Shown here: one piece after another, positions 9,588-18,869 of the stretch
Layout of the letters: the number at the start of each line of letters is the position of its first letter
How positions within the stretch are numbered: the first letter of the stretch is position 1
Virus record (IMG/VR): IMGVR_UViG_3300030380_005901
Location: 64,001 to 128,000 of that record
Strand: one strand, 5' to 3'
Origin: a virus
Length of the DNA: 64,000 bases
Made by a program: the position numbers and the translations under genes
The notes under the pieces: model-generated
The model's input: only the letters and a program-made list of their open reading frames with translations
Databases searched by the model: none
What the model was told of the DNA's origin: nothing

Positions 9588-10067
9588 TTAGTTTAATTCA
9601 TTCGCTGGTCCTCTATTGGGACTAACCGACCACGGACTATTATCTAATGTATTTGCAGGACCTCTTGTAGGGCTAACACCCCAAGGACTATTATCTAATG
9701 TATTCGCTGGTCCTCTATTGGGTGAAACACTCCAAACTGAACCTGATCCACCACCACTTGAACCACCGGAATCAGAAGTGCCACCCTCTTCTTCCTCAAT
9801 TAATTCATCGTCATCATCATCTATAGTATCTATATTATACTCATTAACCACAAATCCAAAACCTTGTTCTTTATCATAATATCCTAAGTATACCCCATCT
9901 TGATCGAAAACAACTACTTCATGTGGACTACTTTTAAATGTTAAATCATTAGGTGAGTCTACCCAAGATAATATATTAAGATACCATTGTTTAGGGTCAG
10001 TAACTGTTTCTCCAAACTCTCTTAGGACAATCTTCTTATATTGTGATTCTGTTAGTTTAATCTTCAT
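9588..10067 (-). CDS. Hypothetical late protein with MKIKLTESQY leader and C-terminal 17-aa repeats
   Basis: WSVSPNRGPANTLDNSP-like unit x3. Confidence 0.7.
   Translation of the reverse strand: MKIKLTESQYKKIVLREFGETVTDPKQWYLNILSWVDSPNDLTFKSSPHEVVVFDQDGVYLGYYDKEQGFGFVVNEYNIDTIDDDDDELIEEEEGGTSDSGGSSGGGSGSVWSVSPNRGPANTLDNSPWGVSPTRGPANTLDNSPWSVSPNRGPANELN
9600..9735. repeat. In-frame 51-bp tandem repeat (about 2.6 copies)
   Basis: ttcgctggtcctctattggg...ggactattatctaatgta unit repeated with synonymous variation. Confidence 0.85.
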
Positions 10068-10074
10068 TACCTAT

Positions 10075-10602
10075 TTATTTACATATATCATCCACAGTAA
10101 CACCTAATTTTGACATAATTTCAGTCATCATTGAGTTTATACCTCTACCAATTGTACCATACTTTGTTCTCATATGTTGTTCTATTTCATCTAAGATTTC
10201 TTTAGAAAGTACTGCACCACCAAAATTACTAACTAATGGTTTTGCAACTTTAAGAACTGTCTGAAGTAATCCGCCATTCGCTTTATCATATAATGCTTCT
10301 AAAACTTGTTCTGGTTTAACTTTCATATCTAAAGACATTCTAGTGATAAAATCATCTAAAGATTCTGCGGCTTGTTTAGCTGCCTCTTTAGGGTTAGTAC
10401 AAAATTGTTTTTCGTCTGAAACTACTGTGTTTAGTTTCTCTATAAAACCTTTTAATCCATCTTTATATTTAGTTACTAATTTAATGAAAGGTAATTTTAT
10501 CTTTTCCTTTTCATCTTCAGTCAAATAACTTTTAGTTTCTCCTAATAATCTTTTATTAGATTCTAACATTAATTCTCTTTTTAATTTTGCTAATCGTCCC
10601 AT
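10075..10602 (-). CDS. Hypothetical protein
   Basis: 175 aa ORF in tight operon. Confidence 0.7.
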   Translation of the reverse strand: MGRLAKLKRELMLESNKRLLGETKSYLTEDEKEKIKLPFIKLVTKYKDGLKGFIEKLNTVVSDEKQFCTNPKEAAKQAAESLDDFITRMSLDMKVKPEQVLEALYDKANGGLLQTVLKVAKPLVSNFGGAVLSKEILDEIEQHMRTKYGTIGRGINSMMTEIMSKLGVTVDDICK

Positions 10603-10604
10603 TT

Positions 10605-11285
10605 TTATCCTATATTTTTTAATAAATTATTTATTTTATTTCTTGATAAGTCGTTTTGGAGTGATTGTATACCCATACTAACATCATCTTTTATATATGG
10701 TAGAACCTCAAATTTACCATCTATATCATCATCATAGAAATCATTTTGTACCATTCCTTTTTGTGGGAATACCCCATCTACTATATCTATATCAAATTCC
10801 TTAACTACCGCATCCAAATCCAACTCATTCATATCACCCACTTCAAAGTCATTTTCTGAACCATGTGTAATTGTACTTAATGCTTCTTGTGGAGTTCTAC
10901 CCATTGCGTAAACTCTACCTGAAGGATATCCTCTACCTGTCAATTCAACAACTGTAGGTATGTGAGTAGGTATTTGCCATATACCCATAAACTCCATAGG
11001 TTTACCCAATAACTCATTTAAATCATCTTGTGAATGAAAATCCACCATAACTTTAAAGTTATGAGCTAAAATAATTGCTTCTTCTTGTGTAAGTACCAAA
11101 CTATTCACTATATAGTCTACAATATCCGAATTCATTTTCAATCCACCGTTTTGGATTTTATCTCTAATTTGTTTAAATACTTTTATTGTGAAAGCATCAA
11201 CAGTTTTACTAACTCTACCCCATTCATCACCGGTATTCTCAGTTAGTAATCTACTATATTGTTTTTCTGTTAATTTTACTTTCAT
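10605..11285 (-). CDS. Acidic hypothetical protein with MKVKLTEKQY leader; tandem paralog of 11287..11901
   Basis: Shared leader and LG(K/E)P(M/L)EF.G block. Confidence 0.75.
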   Translation of the reverse strand: MKVKLTEKQYSRLLTENTGDEWGRVSKTVDAFTIKVFKQIRDKIQNGGLKMNSDIVDYIVNSLVLTQEEAIILAHNFKVMVDFHSQDDLNELLGKPMEFMGIWQIPTHIPTVVELTGRGYPSGRVYAMGRTPQEALSTITHGSENDFEVGDMNELDLDAVVKEFDIDIVDGVFPQKGMVQNDFYDDDIDGKFEVLPYIKDDVSMGIQSLQNDLSRNKINNLLKNIG

Positions 11286-11286
11286 T

Positions 11287-11901
11287 CTATTTATTTACTA
11301 ATTCTACATTATCTATTAAATCATCTCTTAAATCGCTTACTCTTTGAGCAACGTGATCATCGAGATATCCCTCATCTACCTCCCAGTCAATATCCGCCGC
11401 ATGATACTCTATATAATCGTTATGATCTACGTCATAATTATAGTATTCACCGTCTTCTAATTGATCTAAAAACTCTTCTTCATTACGTGCATATCCTGTA
11501 TACTTACCTGATTGGTATCCATTTAAATATCCTCTCATAGGAATTTCTTCATTAACTTCAAACTCCCCATAAAACTCTAATGGCTCACCCAACATTTCAC
11601 TAAAATCTCCCTCATAATTTTTAGGGTCGAGTTTATCCCATAGTAAAAGATAGTTATAACAGATAACTAAAGATACTGCGTTTGGTATTGCTAAATCTTG
11701 TGCCACCTTTTGTGAGTAGGTAGGTATATTTCTTAAGTTATTAAAACTAGGATAGTGTTTCCTCATAAAATTGTAACATTTTATAATAAACTTATCAACC
11801 TTATTACCTATCTCTTTAAAGTTAACACTACCATCAAGAAAATCTTTATCATTTTCTTTTAATAATCTACTATATTGGCTCTCCCGTAATTTGATCCTCA
11901 T
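11287..11901 (-). CDS. Acidic hypothetical protein with MRIKLRESQY leader
   Basis: Start moved to the leader Met at 11901. Confidence 0.7.
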   Translation of the reverse strand: MRIKLRESQYSRLLKENDKDFLDGSVNFKEIGNKVDKFIIKCYNFMRKHYPSFNNLRNIPTYSQKVAQDLAIPNAVSLVICYNYLLLWDKLDPKNYEGDFSEMLGEPLEFYGEFEVNEEIPMRGYLNGYQSGKYTGYARNEEEFLDQLEDGEYYNYDVDHNDYIEYHAADIDWEVDEGYLDDHVAQRVSDLRDDLIDNVELVNK

Positions 11902-12301
11902 AGTCTTCGTCTTCAGTTTCTTTTTTAAGTGTTTCACCTATTATATATGAACCAACAAATGGTGTAAGTGCTGCAAAATATGCACTCATACCCATTAAGT
12001 CTGCATGATTAATAATTGTAAATACACCAATTAATAACCATAAACCAACAGTTACATATATTATTATTTCTCTTTTACTAGATTTACCCGATTTAAATAT
12101 AGAGGTATCATCACTACTTCTTTTGGTTTCTCCATACATATACGCCCCTGCAAATCCTGTTAATGATATGAAGTAAGCAGCTAATTCATTAAAATTAGTG
12201 TCAAAATATGTACCTAATACACCAATACCGACCCAAAGTAATATTATAACATATGTTAAACATTCTCTTTTTGAGTCACAACATCTTCTTAAAAATTTCA
12301 T
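11870..12301 (-). CDS. Four-TM membrane protein built from an internal duplication (holin-like?)
   Basis: SKRE...LW..IGV...AYF..LT.F.G.Y..GET occurs twice. Confidence 0.65.
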   Translation of the reverse strand: MKFLRRCCDSKRECLTYVIILLWVGIGVLGTYFDTNFNELAAYFISLTGFAGAYMYGETKRSSDDTSIFKSGKSSKREIIIYVTVGLWLLIGVFTIINHADLMGMSAYFAALTPFVGSYIIGETLKKETEDEDYEDQITGEPI

Positions 12302-12334
12302 AATTATGTTTATTAATAAATATAGTGTAAGCAT

Positions 12335-12360
12335 AAAAAAAACCCATCCGAAGATGGGTT
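12335..12360 (-). terminator. Intrinsic terminator
   Basis: AACCCATC-TTCG-GATGGGTT followed by T-run on minus strand. Confidence 0.85.
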
Positions 12361-12383
12361 AGTTGTTCTCATTGGTGAGTATT

Positions 12384-12548
12384 TTACTTCTTAAATGCTA
12401 AGAAAAATTCTCTAACACCAAAACCACCAGCAAAAAAAGCATAATTAATACTTCCATTAATAAATAATGCTACTGCAATTCCTCCACAACAAGCTGCTTT
12501 AAACCAAGACTTGTTTACTATTTCTATTACTTTATCCATAATATTCAT
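12384..12548 (-). CDS. Small membrane protein
   Basis: Hand translation MNIMDKVIEIVNKSWFKAACCGGIAVALFINGSINYAFFAGGFGVREFFLAFKK*. Confidence 0.55.
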   Translation of the reverse strand: MNIMDKVIEIVNKSWFKAACCGGIAVALFINGSINYAFFAGGFGVREFFLAFKK

Positions 12549-12566
12549 TTTTATTTATGTTATTAT

Positions 12567-13157
12567 CTACCCTTCGGTAGTTTCCGACTCTAATTTATTT
12601 CCTAAATTATGATGAGCCAAACTTTTCATATCACTTCTGATTTCACTTACCTTCTCATAAAATTCTTCCATTGCATAATCATATTCTTGACTATGGTATT
12701 CACCCTCTGGAATTTCATAATCATCTTCATCAGGATATTCTATTTCTTCATCATGTTCTTCATGATTAAATCCGTTTTTATTGATTACGAATCCACCTAT
12801 AGGTGTAGTCGCCTCATTTTCATAATCACCGTCTATCTCACATTCTGGATCGAGTGAAGAACATATATTATATATGTGTTGTACAAATTCTAATGGTGGA
12901 TACCACGCTGAAGTTGTTATTATTTCTGCAACCTCACCTTCAATATCTACCCAAAATTCATCATGATAACACCATTTAGCACCAACATTATCACCATACC
13001 ATGCATATGTATTTTCCATATTATCATAAAATCCGCTTATTAGTGCAGTATGATTATCATTATTATTTTCTTCAACTTTAATTTTTATTTCTTCTAATTT
13101 TTCCATCACTTCTTTATTTCCTGTGATGTTAATTGTTGTATATACGTGATTAGCCAT
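12567..13157 (-). CDS. DUF1281/YubB-like ferredoxin-fold protein
   Basis: MANHVYTTINITG, WYGDNVGAKW, TTSAWYPP, Y.NE motifs. Confidence 0.65.
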   Translation of the reverse strand: MANHVYTTINITGNKEVMEKLEEIKIKVEENNNDNHTALISGFYDNMENTYAWYGDNVGAKWCYHDEFWVDIEGEVAEIITTSAWYPPLEFVQHIYNICSSLDPECEIDGDYENEATTPIGGFVINKNGFNHEEHDEEIEYPDEDDYEIPEGEYHSQEYDYAMEEFYEKVSEIRSDMKSLAHHNLGNKLESETTEG

Positions 13158-13170
13158 ATTTCTTTAAATT

Positions 13171-13196
13171 AAAAAAGGGGACTAACAGTCCCCTTT
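13171..13196 (-). terminator. Intrinsic terminator
   Basis: AAAGGGGACT-GTT-AGTCCCCTTTTTT on minus strand. Confidence 0.8.
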
Positions 13197-13212
13197 AATT
13201 GTTATTTAGTCT

Positions 13213-13395
13213 TTAAACTGATTCCCCTACCCATTTAACTACTGACTCTAAACCATAGATTTCAGTAATCTTATTGATAAACCTTTTAGGGTTTTTTCTG
13301 ATATAAGTTAGTGATTCAGTTGGTACTTCATTTCCTGAAGGTCCAAAAAGAGTTACTAAAGACTCTTCTCTTGTTTTTTTCAATGTTTTACTCAT
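13213..13395 (-). CDS. Hypothetical protein
   Basis: 60 aa ORF before terminator. Confidence 0.5.
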   Translation of the reverse strand: MSKTLKKTREESLVTLFGPSGNEVPTESLTYIRKNPKRFINKITEIYGLESVVKWVGESV

Positions 13396-13483
13396 TTTGA
13401 AATTGATTTTTTATTTTTGTTATTATTATTACACAATGTTAGTGATTTTATTTTTAATAATCAACCCCTAAATTAAAAAAAAA

Positions 13484-13909
13484 TTACTCTACCTCTAATA
13501 ATTCTACTTCAAACATTAATTTTTTACCAGCCAATGGGTGATTTGCGTCTACTTTTACATCATTTTCATTAATTTCAGTAACAGTAACATTAATAGTTCC
13601 TCTATCACCAGAAGACTGTAATACATCACCTACTTTAACTCCTTCAGGCATTTGTGTTTTTGGTACAACTGTCACCAAACCATCTAAGTATTCTCCATAC
13701 GCTTCAGTAGGCTCAATCTCAATGGTTTTATTTTCACCTTCATTCATACCTAATAAACCCTTTTCAAAACCAGGAATTAAATTTCCTTGTCCTAATATTG
13801 TTTTTAGTGGCTCTCTACCTTCTCCTAAAGAAGTATCAAATACTGTCCCATCCTCAAATTTTCCAGTATAGTTGACTTTAATTGTTTTTCCTGTTTCTAC
13901 TTTTGACAT
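13484..13909 (-). CDS. slyD: FKBP-type peptidyl-prolyl isomerase (SlyD/SlpA-like, no His-rich tail)
   Basis: VNYTGKFEDGTVFDTS, LIPGFEKGL, EAYGE, VDANHPLAGKKLMFEVE. Confidence 0.9.
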   Translation of the reverse strand: MSKVETGKTIKVNYTGKFEDGTVFDTSLGEGREPLKTILGQGNLIPGFEKGLLGMNEGENKTIEIEPTEAYGEYLDGLVTVVPKTQMPEGVKVGDVLQSSGDRGTINVTVTEINENDVKVDANHPLAGKKLMFEVELLEVE

Positions 13910-13992
13910 TTTTTAAAATTTTATTTTTTTTATTAATACATACAATAATAACGTTTAATTATATAGTAGTAAAGGTATTTAAGATTTATTTT

Positions 13993-14343
13993 TGGTGGAG
14001 ATGGGGGGATTCGAACCCCCGTCTTGCCCGTCATCCATATGAGATCTTTTTACAGGTTTAGGATAAGTTTTTCTAAACTTCCAAAAATTGATAGATTTTC
14101 GTTAACTGTAAGGTCGTCACTGGCAAATCACTATCATTACCAATATCTCTCGATACAACACCATTTACTTCCTTTGACATCTTAGCAACTTACAAGTATA
14201 CTCAGTTACATGATGTGCTTAGCATCTAATCTAATTAGGCTGCCATAGCATACTCAGCGTTTCCGGCTAAGGTTTTGATGAAGGTCATCACCCATACCTG
14301 AATCTTCACACTTCTCTACGTCAATCAATTCCGTGTCATCCCC
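13993..14343 (-). ncRNA. ssrA: tmRNA, tag (A)GNAEYAMAA
   Basis: 5' GGGGATG pairs with 3' CATCTCC-ACCA (G3.U Ala determinant); T-arm GGGGGTTCGAATCCCCC; TAGCC|GGA AAC GCT GAG TAT GCT ATG GCA GCC TAA; 351 nt. Confidence 0.95.
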
Positions 14344-14445
14344 ATATCTTTGACTATATAGTTTTTCTTCCATATATAGTTGTTGATAATGTTTTTCCAT
14401 TTCTTCAACGTACACTTCTTCGTAAAGTTGTTTAACTCTTCCCAT
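14254..14445 (-). CDS. Short acidic ORF whose reading frame enters the tmRNA
   Basis: MGRVKQLYEE...; 34 codons precede tmRNA G1, stop lies ~90 nt inside the tmRNA. Confidence 0.55.
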   Translation of the reverse strand: MGRVKQLYEEVYVEEMEKHYQQLYMEEKLYSQRYGDDTELIDVEKCEDSGMGDDLHQNLSRKR

Positions 14446-14450
14446 AATGG

Positions 14451-14482
14451 TAAATATAATAAATAAAATTCAAAAAAACAAA
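14451..14482 (-). promoter_or_regulatory. Bacteroidota-type promoter for ORF-tmRNA unit
   Basis: TTTG-N20-TATATTTA. Confidence 0.65.
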
Positions 14483-14493
14483 TATTTATTAGT

Positions 14494-14919
14494 ATGGAAA
14501 AGAAAAAATATACAGTTAATTATAAAATAAATATTAACGAAGAATTAGTAGAAGAAAAAAAAGATTTTACTTTAGTTTCAGATCATCCAGATAATATTGA
14601 CGGTATTAATGTATTATTGTCGGAGTTAGATGATATCAACTTAAAAATACACCCCAAAGAAATTGTTGTGAAGAAAACATCAATTCCTCCATCATTAGCA
14701 TATGGTAAACATAATAAAAAATTAATGGGTACTGTCCCTAAAACATTACTTTATGAAGATTGTAAAGTAGGGGATTATGTATTAATAAATTTAAAAGATG
14801 ATACTACACAAAGAGGAGAAATTAAAAAAGTAGATAAAGAAAGTGTTATAGTAGATTGTAATCACCCTTTAGTGGATAAAACTTTAGACTTAGAACTAGA
14901 AATTATTAGTGTAAAATAA
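14494..14919 (+). CDS. Divergent FKBP-type PPIase paralog
   Basis: IPPSLAYG and VDCNHPLVDKTLDLELEI retained; N-terminal FKBP motifs eroded. Confidence 0.7.
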   Translation: MEKKKYTVNYKININEELVEEKKDFTLVSDHPDNIDGINVLLSELDDINLKIHPKEIVVKKTSIPPSLAYGKHNKKLMGTVPKTLLYEDCKVGDYVLINLKDDTTQRGEIKKVDKESVIVDCNHPLVDKTLDLELEIISVK

Positions 14920-14943
14920 AAAAACCCTCATTGAGGGTTTTTT
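14918..14943. terminator. Bidirectional terminator between convergent genes
   Basis: AAAAAAACCCTCA-T-TGAGGGTTTTTT. Confidence 0.8.
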
Positions 14944-14967
14944 GTTATAATCTATTTTATTGTTATT

Positions 14968-15360
14968 TTAATCAGTTAATAACTGTTTACTATCTTTTTT
15001 GTCTACTAGTCCGGCAATAGTACCTTCCAGACTCTGTATTTTATCGTATAATTTATCTGTTCTACTATCAATCATACGTCTCATCTCATCAAACTCTCTT
15101 TCTGTTTTTTCAGAGTTCATTTCATATTCACCCCATAAAGCTCTTTCTACCTCATGTGATTTTTTATTAATATCATCCTCAATCGAAGATATTTCATTAT
15201 ATATTCTCTCTATCTCTCTTTGGTTATCATATTCATTCATTTTATATCTTTCTACATCAACCTTACCTTTAAATTTGTTAAAAACGATCACAACCGCTAA
15301 TACGATCCCAACCACCAATAACGTAGATAAAACTGATACTGTTACTAAAATTGTTTCCAT
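14968..15360 (-). CDS. Single-TM coiled-coil protein
   Basis: N-terminal hydrophobic helix followed by charged helix ending IDSRTDKL. Confidence 0.65.
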   Translation of the reverse strand: METILVTVSVLSTLLVVGIVLAVVIVFNKFKGKVDVERYKMNEYDNQREIERIYNEISSIEDDINKKSHEVERALWGEYEMNSEKTEREFDEMRRMIDSRTDKLYDKIQSLEGTIAGLVDKKDSKQLLTD

Positions 15361-15435
15361 AATTTCTATTTTTTTATTTTATTTTGTTATTATAGATTAT
15401 AACAACTTTAAATATAAATAAAGAATATAATAAAG

Positions 15436-16122
15436 TCAATCTTTATTTATTTCTCTAATTAAAATTCTCTTTACAATAGGTAGGAAAGTATTTTCAAAAG
15501 GTATTTCTTTTTTACTGTGTGCACCATATGTCATCATAGGTATATCATCTATATGGTTAATATATTCTTGTTTAATATCTTCATGACTACTAAACTCAGA
15601 TATGTTTTGTGTAGTGATTGGTTCTGTTTTTAACATTTTATATTTGTTACCTTCTAATATTAAACTATCCATTTTATATTTGTAGATAATACTACTTTTT
15701 GTGGTGAGTATTAAGTAACCTTCATCTTTATTATCAGTAATTATACCCACACTATTAAATGTAATATCTTTTTCTATATTATCACATATTTTTCTTCCCT
15801 CTTCTATCGTACCTTTTATTCTACGAAGGGCGTAATTAATTAGTTTTTGGATTTCAACAAAGATATCGTCTTCTATTGTTGTATAAATTAACTCCATATT
15901 TTTGAAGTCTATAGATGTAAGTTCTTTGGGAGTGATTTTATCCTTTTGTTCTAATAAATCTTTTAAGGATCTAAACTCTTCTATACAGTCGGAAAGATAA
16001 GGATATATTTTATTTTCTTTAAATTGGTTATTTACTCTTTGCAAGTAATCTAAAAGAATATACTTTTTATATTCAAAATCAGTATTATCTTTAGTTAACC
16101 AGTCCTTATCTAATTTCTCCAT
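15436..16122 (-). CDS. Conserved hypothetical protein (Bacteroidota-like)
   Basis: DFEYKKYILLDYLQ...KIYPYL...EGYL...TFLPIVKR pattern. Confidence 0.6.
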   Translation of the reverse strand: MEKLDKDWLTKDNTDFEYKKYILLDYLQRVNNQFKENKIYPYLSDCIEEFRSLKDLLEQKDKITPKELTSIDFKNMELIYTTIEDDIFVEIQKLINYALRRIKGTIEEGRKICDNIEKDITFNSVGIITDNKDEGYLILTTKSSIIYKYKMDSLILEGNKYKMLKTEPITTQNISEFSSHEDIKQEYINHIDDIPMMTYGAHSKKEIPFENTFLPIVKRILIREINKD

Positions 16123-16147
16123 ATAATATAAATATGGAGGTAAATTA

Positions 16148-16474
16148 TTAAACTAATTCTTCTACAATACCAATTATTTCACTTACAACTAATACAGATG
16201 CGGCAATTACTAAATCAAATGGTATTAATATATACCCTATTATCCTTATGCCACTTTTAATAAAAGAAACTATCTGATGCCATTTTTGGTTAGGCATTTT
16301 ATCTATATCTTTATCCTCAGTTGAATCGGGTATATATCCCCACGCCTTAATATTTATTTTCTCCTGTTGAGTTAATTCTATTGGGTTTTTTTCACCAGTA
16401 ATTTCCTCATAATGTGGATTCAATTCTCCTGTATAAGGATCATGTGTCGGTACTTGAAATTTTATTTTACTCAT
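16148..16474 (-). CDS. Hypothetical protein with C-terminal TM segments
   Basis: 108 aa; DPYTGELNP N-module plus HQIVSFIKSGIRI membrane module. Confidence 0.6.
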   Translation of the reverse strand: MSKIKFQVPTHDPYTGELNPHYEEITGEKNPIELTQQEKINIKAWGYIPDSTEDKDIDKMPNQKWHQIVSFIKSGIRIIGYILIPFDLVIAASVLVVSEIIGIVEELV

Positions 16475-16484
16475 AATTTTTATT

Positions 16485-16835
16485 TTAATTTTTCCAAAAA
16501 ACTTGTATACAAATTAATATTAAACATAACATTAATGATGTTATTGTTTTACTACTAATACTTTCATTAAAAAAATGACTTACACAAATAGTATACACAA
16601 TTATCCCTACCCCAAAACCTACAAATCTAACCGGCCAAAAATAACCGCCAAAAGCTTGAACAGTATATTTAGTTGCCCATAAATATGCAAATGATAAAGG
16701 TATACCTATTAAGGCAATTACCCATTCATTATCTCTAGCCCATTTCCAAATGAATTGTGAGTTTAATTGAAACCATGTTATTATCTGTGCGATAAGAAAC
16801 ATAAACACACCTATACCTAATAATTTATAATTCAT
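16485..16835 (-). CDS. Four-TM small membrane protein (SMR/EamA-like)
   Basis: Four hydrophobic helices; FFNESIS.K motif near C-terminus. Confidence 0.55.
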   Translation of the reverse strand: MNYKLLGIGVFMFLIAQIITWFQLNSQFIWKWARDNEWVIALIGIPLSFAYLWATKYTVQAFGGYFWPVRFVGFGVGIIVYTICVSHFFNESISSKTITSLMLCLILICIQVFWKN

Positions 16836-17217
16836 ATTTTGTTTTTTGTCTAACCAACATTTCATTGGTTACTTGTTCCTTACTTAAATATGTGAAAGGA
16901 TTATCCATACCTTCTGCGTACAACTCAAACGATGTTACCCCATCACCATATAATCCACTTCCACCAGTTCTTCCACCCCCAACTACTGAGAACCAACCAC
17001 CTTCTCCTTTATCACTTAAAGGGAAGTATTCTACTGCTGCAACTCCGTTAGGTACAATATGATGAGGTTTAAATTTTAAATCTTTAAATGTTTTAACACC
17101 TAAGATATCTGAGGCTTCATCTTCAGTAAAACCCATTAAATCTACTAACTCACTGTAGGCTTGTACGGCATCTTTATCTTTAATATATTTTACGATATCT
17201 GTTGGTATGTTTTTCAT
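16825..17217 (-). CDS. Hypothetical protein
   Basis: Start at MKNIPTD just after promoter TTTG-N20-TATATTTA (17223-17254). Confidence 0.6.
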   Translation of the reverse strand: MKNIPTDIVKYIKDKDAVQAYSELVDLMGFTEDEASDILGVKTFKDLKFKPHHIVPNGVAAVEYFPLSDKGEGGWFSVVGGGRTGGSGLYGDGVTSFELYAEGMDNPFTYLSKEQVTNEMLVRQKTKYEL

Positions 17218-17259
17218 AATTGTAAATATAGTAAAAATATGTTGATAAAACAAATTATT

Positions 17260-17472
17260 TTATAAATAATCGTTTTCTTTTAATTCTTCGTTTGTAGGGT
17301 AACCAATAATTTTTCCACAATCATTACATATTTTTAACACATGTTTTCTATCTTCATAATATTTTAATGAAGTATCTTCATGTAAACATTTATTTTGTAT
17401 TTCAATTAATTCGTCAGTTAATAACTTAATATTATTTTTAATATCATTAACTTTAGTTCTAATATTTTCCAT
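17260..17472 (-). CDS. Small Cys/His (zinc-binding?) protein
   Basis: C.H...C..CG motif. Confidence 0.55.
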   Translation of the reverse strand: MENIRTKVNDIKNNIKLLTDELIEIQNKCLHEDTSLKYYEDRKHVLKICNDCGKIIGYPTNEELKENDYL

Positions 17473-17482
17473 TGGGTAGGTT

Positions 17483-18406
17483 TTAAGAAATTAACCCCTC
17501 TTCTTTGTATAGTTTAGATATTCTGTTTCTTGCATAATCACAAAACTTTTCCACTAAATCGATACCAATATATTGTCTATTCATTTTAGAAGAAGCGTAT
17601 GGTGTTGTACCAGTACCTGAAAAATTATCTAACACAATTTCATTTTCTTTAGAATATAAATCTATGAAGAAGGACGCAAAGTCTGTGGAGAAAGTAGCTT
17701 CATGACCCTCAACTTTACCATCGTTATTTCGTGCCTCAATAAAATTATAATAATTATTGTAGTACTTTTGACCTGTTCTTGACACTGAAGACACTGTTTT
17801 ATTCGCCTTAAAATAAGGAGTCTTTGCGAATATATAAACCATTTCTACAATTCTTGTTACCCTATTTGGGTGTCCTGATACAGGCATTGCAGATTTCTTT
17901 TTCCAAGCAAATGTATCATATATTCTAAAATCAGTATGATTAAATACCTCGTTAATAAGGAAATAAGGTAGTGATGGGTTAAAAGTAGTATAACTAAAAT
18001 TAAATACTACAACACCATCTTTTTTTAATATTCTTTCGTATTGTTTAAAATTTTCTACAATCCATTCTAAGTAATCGTCTACTGATTGGTTATCTTTAAT
18101 CTGATCTTTAGCACCAGGATATTTGTGATTATCTTGTCTTATAGATGCTAAGTAAGGTGGTGAAGTTAAAATTAAATCAATAGTACCCTCATTAATTTTA
18201 CCCATAGTTTCTACTGTATCACCACAATATATTTTATTGGTTTCTAAACCTACATCACTACTATCAATTAATTTGGTTGGGTATTTAGTAAGGAGAGAAT
18301 TTTGCATATCTATTACACTTTCGTCTGTTTTCTCAACATCTACTATCATATCTTCAAATAGTAGGTACTGAACATTCGAAGATTGTTTTCTTTTGGGTCT
18401 TTTCAT
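17483..18406 (-). CDS. DNA N4-C/N6-A methyltransferase (beta class)
   Basis: LILTSPPY precedes VLDNFSGTGTT; HEATF. Confidence 0.88.
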   Translation of the reverse strand: MKRPKRKQSSNVQYLLFEDMIVDVEKTDESVIDMQNSLLTKYPTKLIDSSDVGLETNKIYCGDTVETMGKINEGTIDLILTSPPYLASIRQDNHKYPGAKDQIKDNQSVDDYLEWIVENFKQYERILKKDGVVVFNFSYTTFNPSLPYFLINEVFNHTDFRIYDTFAWKKKSAMPVSGHPNRVTRIVEMVYIFAKTPYFKANKTVSSVSRTGQKYYNNYYNFIEARNNDGKVEGHEATFSTDFASFFIDLYSKENEIVLDNFSGTGTTPYASSKMNRQYIGIDLVEKFCDYARNRISKLYKEEGLIS

Positions 18407-18427
18407 AAAACTTTAATTTAATAACAC

Positions 18428-18787
18428 TTAGTCATTAATTACTTTAGATTTAGCGTTAGTTAATACTTTTTCTTTTACATCTACATTTTTATTCATAGTA
18501 AACCAACTATCTTCATATTGGTTTCTACTGTCTTCTATTACATCATAAACGGGATCTATTTCTAAAAGATATAATTTTCTATATGTCTCTTTAGATAATA
18601 TATCCATGTTGTCATTTAAAAAAGATTTCATATCTTCAATATCATTAGTGATATAGTCCATAAATTCTTTATGTTTTTTACCAATAAATGCAGGTGTACA
18701 TTTTCTAAATTCATCCATTTCGAAAACAAATTCTTTAGTGGTTTGTGTTACACTAAAAGTTTCTATTTTTTGTATACCTATTTTCAT
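18428..18787 (-). CDS. Hypothetical protein
   Basis: 119 aa ORF with late-type motif upstream. Confidence 0.55.
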   Translation of the reverse strand: MKIGIQKIETFSVTQTTKEFVFEMDEFRKCTPAFIGKKHKEFMDYITNDIEDMKSFLNDNMDILSKETYRKLYLLEIDPVYDVIEDSRNQYEDSWFTMNKNVDVKEKVLTNAKSKVIND

Positions 18788-18869
18788 AATTACTCATTCA
18801 TTTATAAATATAATTAAATTAACCCTATATGTCAAACTTAGACAAATTGTGACAAAAGTGTGACATTTA

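Noticed and set aside
9600-9735. 51-bp repeats as a mini-CRISPR array
   Set aside because: Whole unit repeats with synonymous variation inside a CDS; no unique spacers and no cas genes
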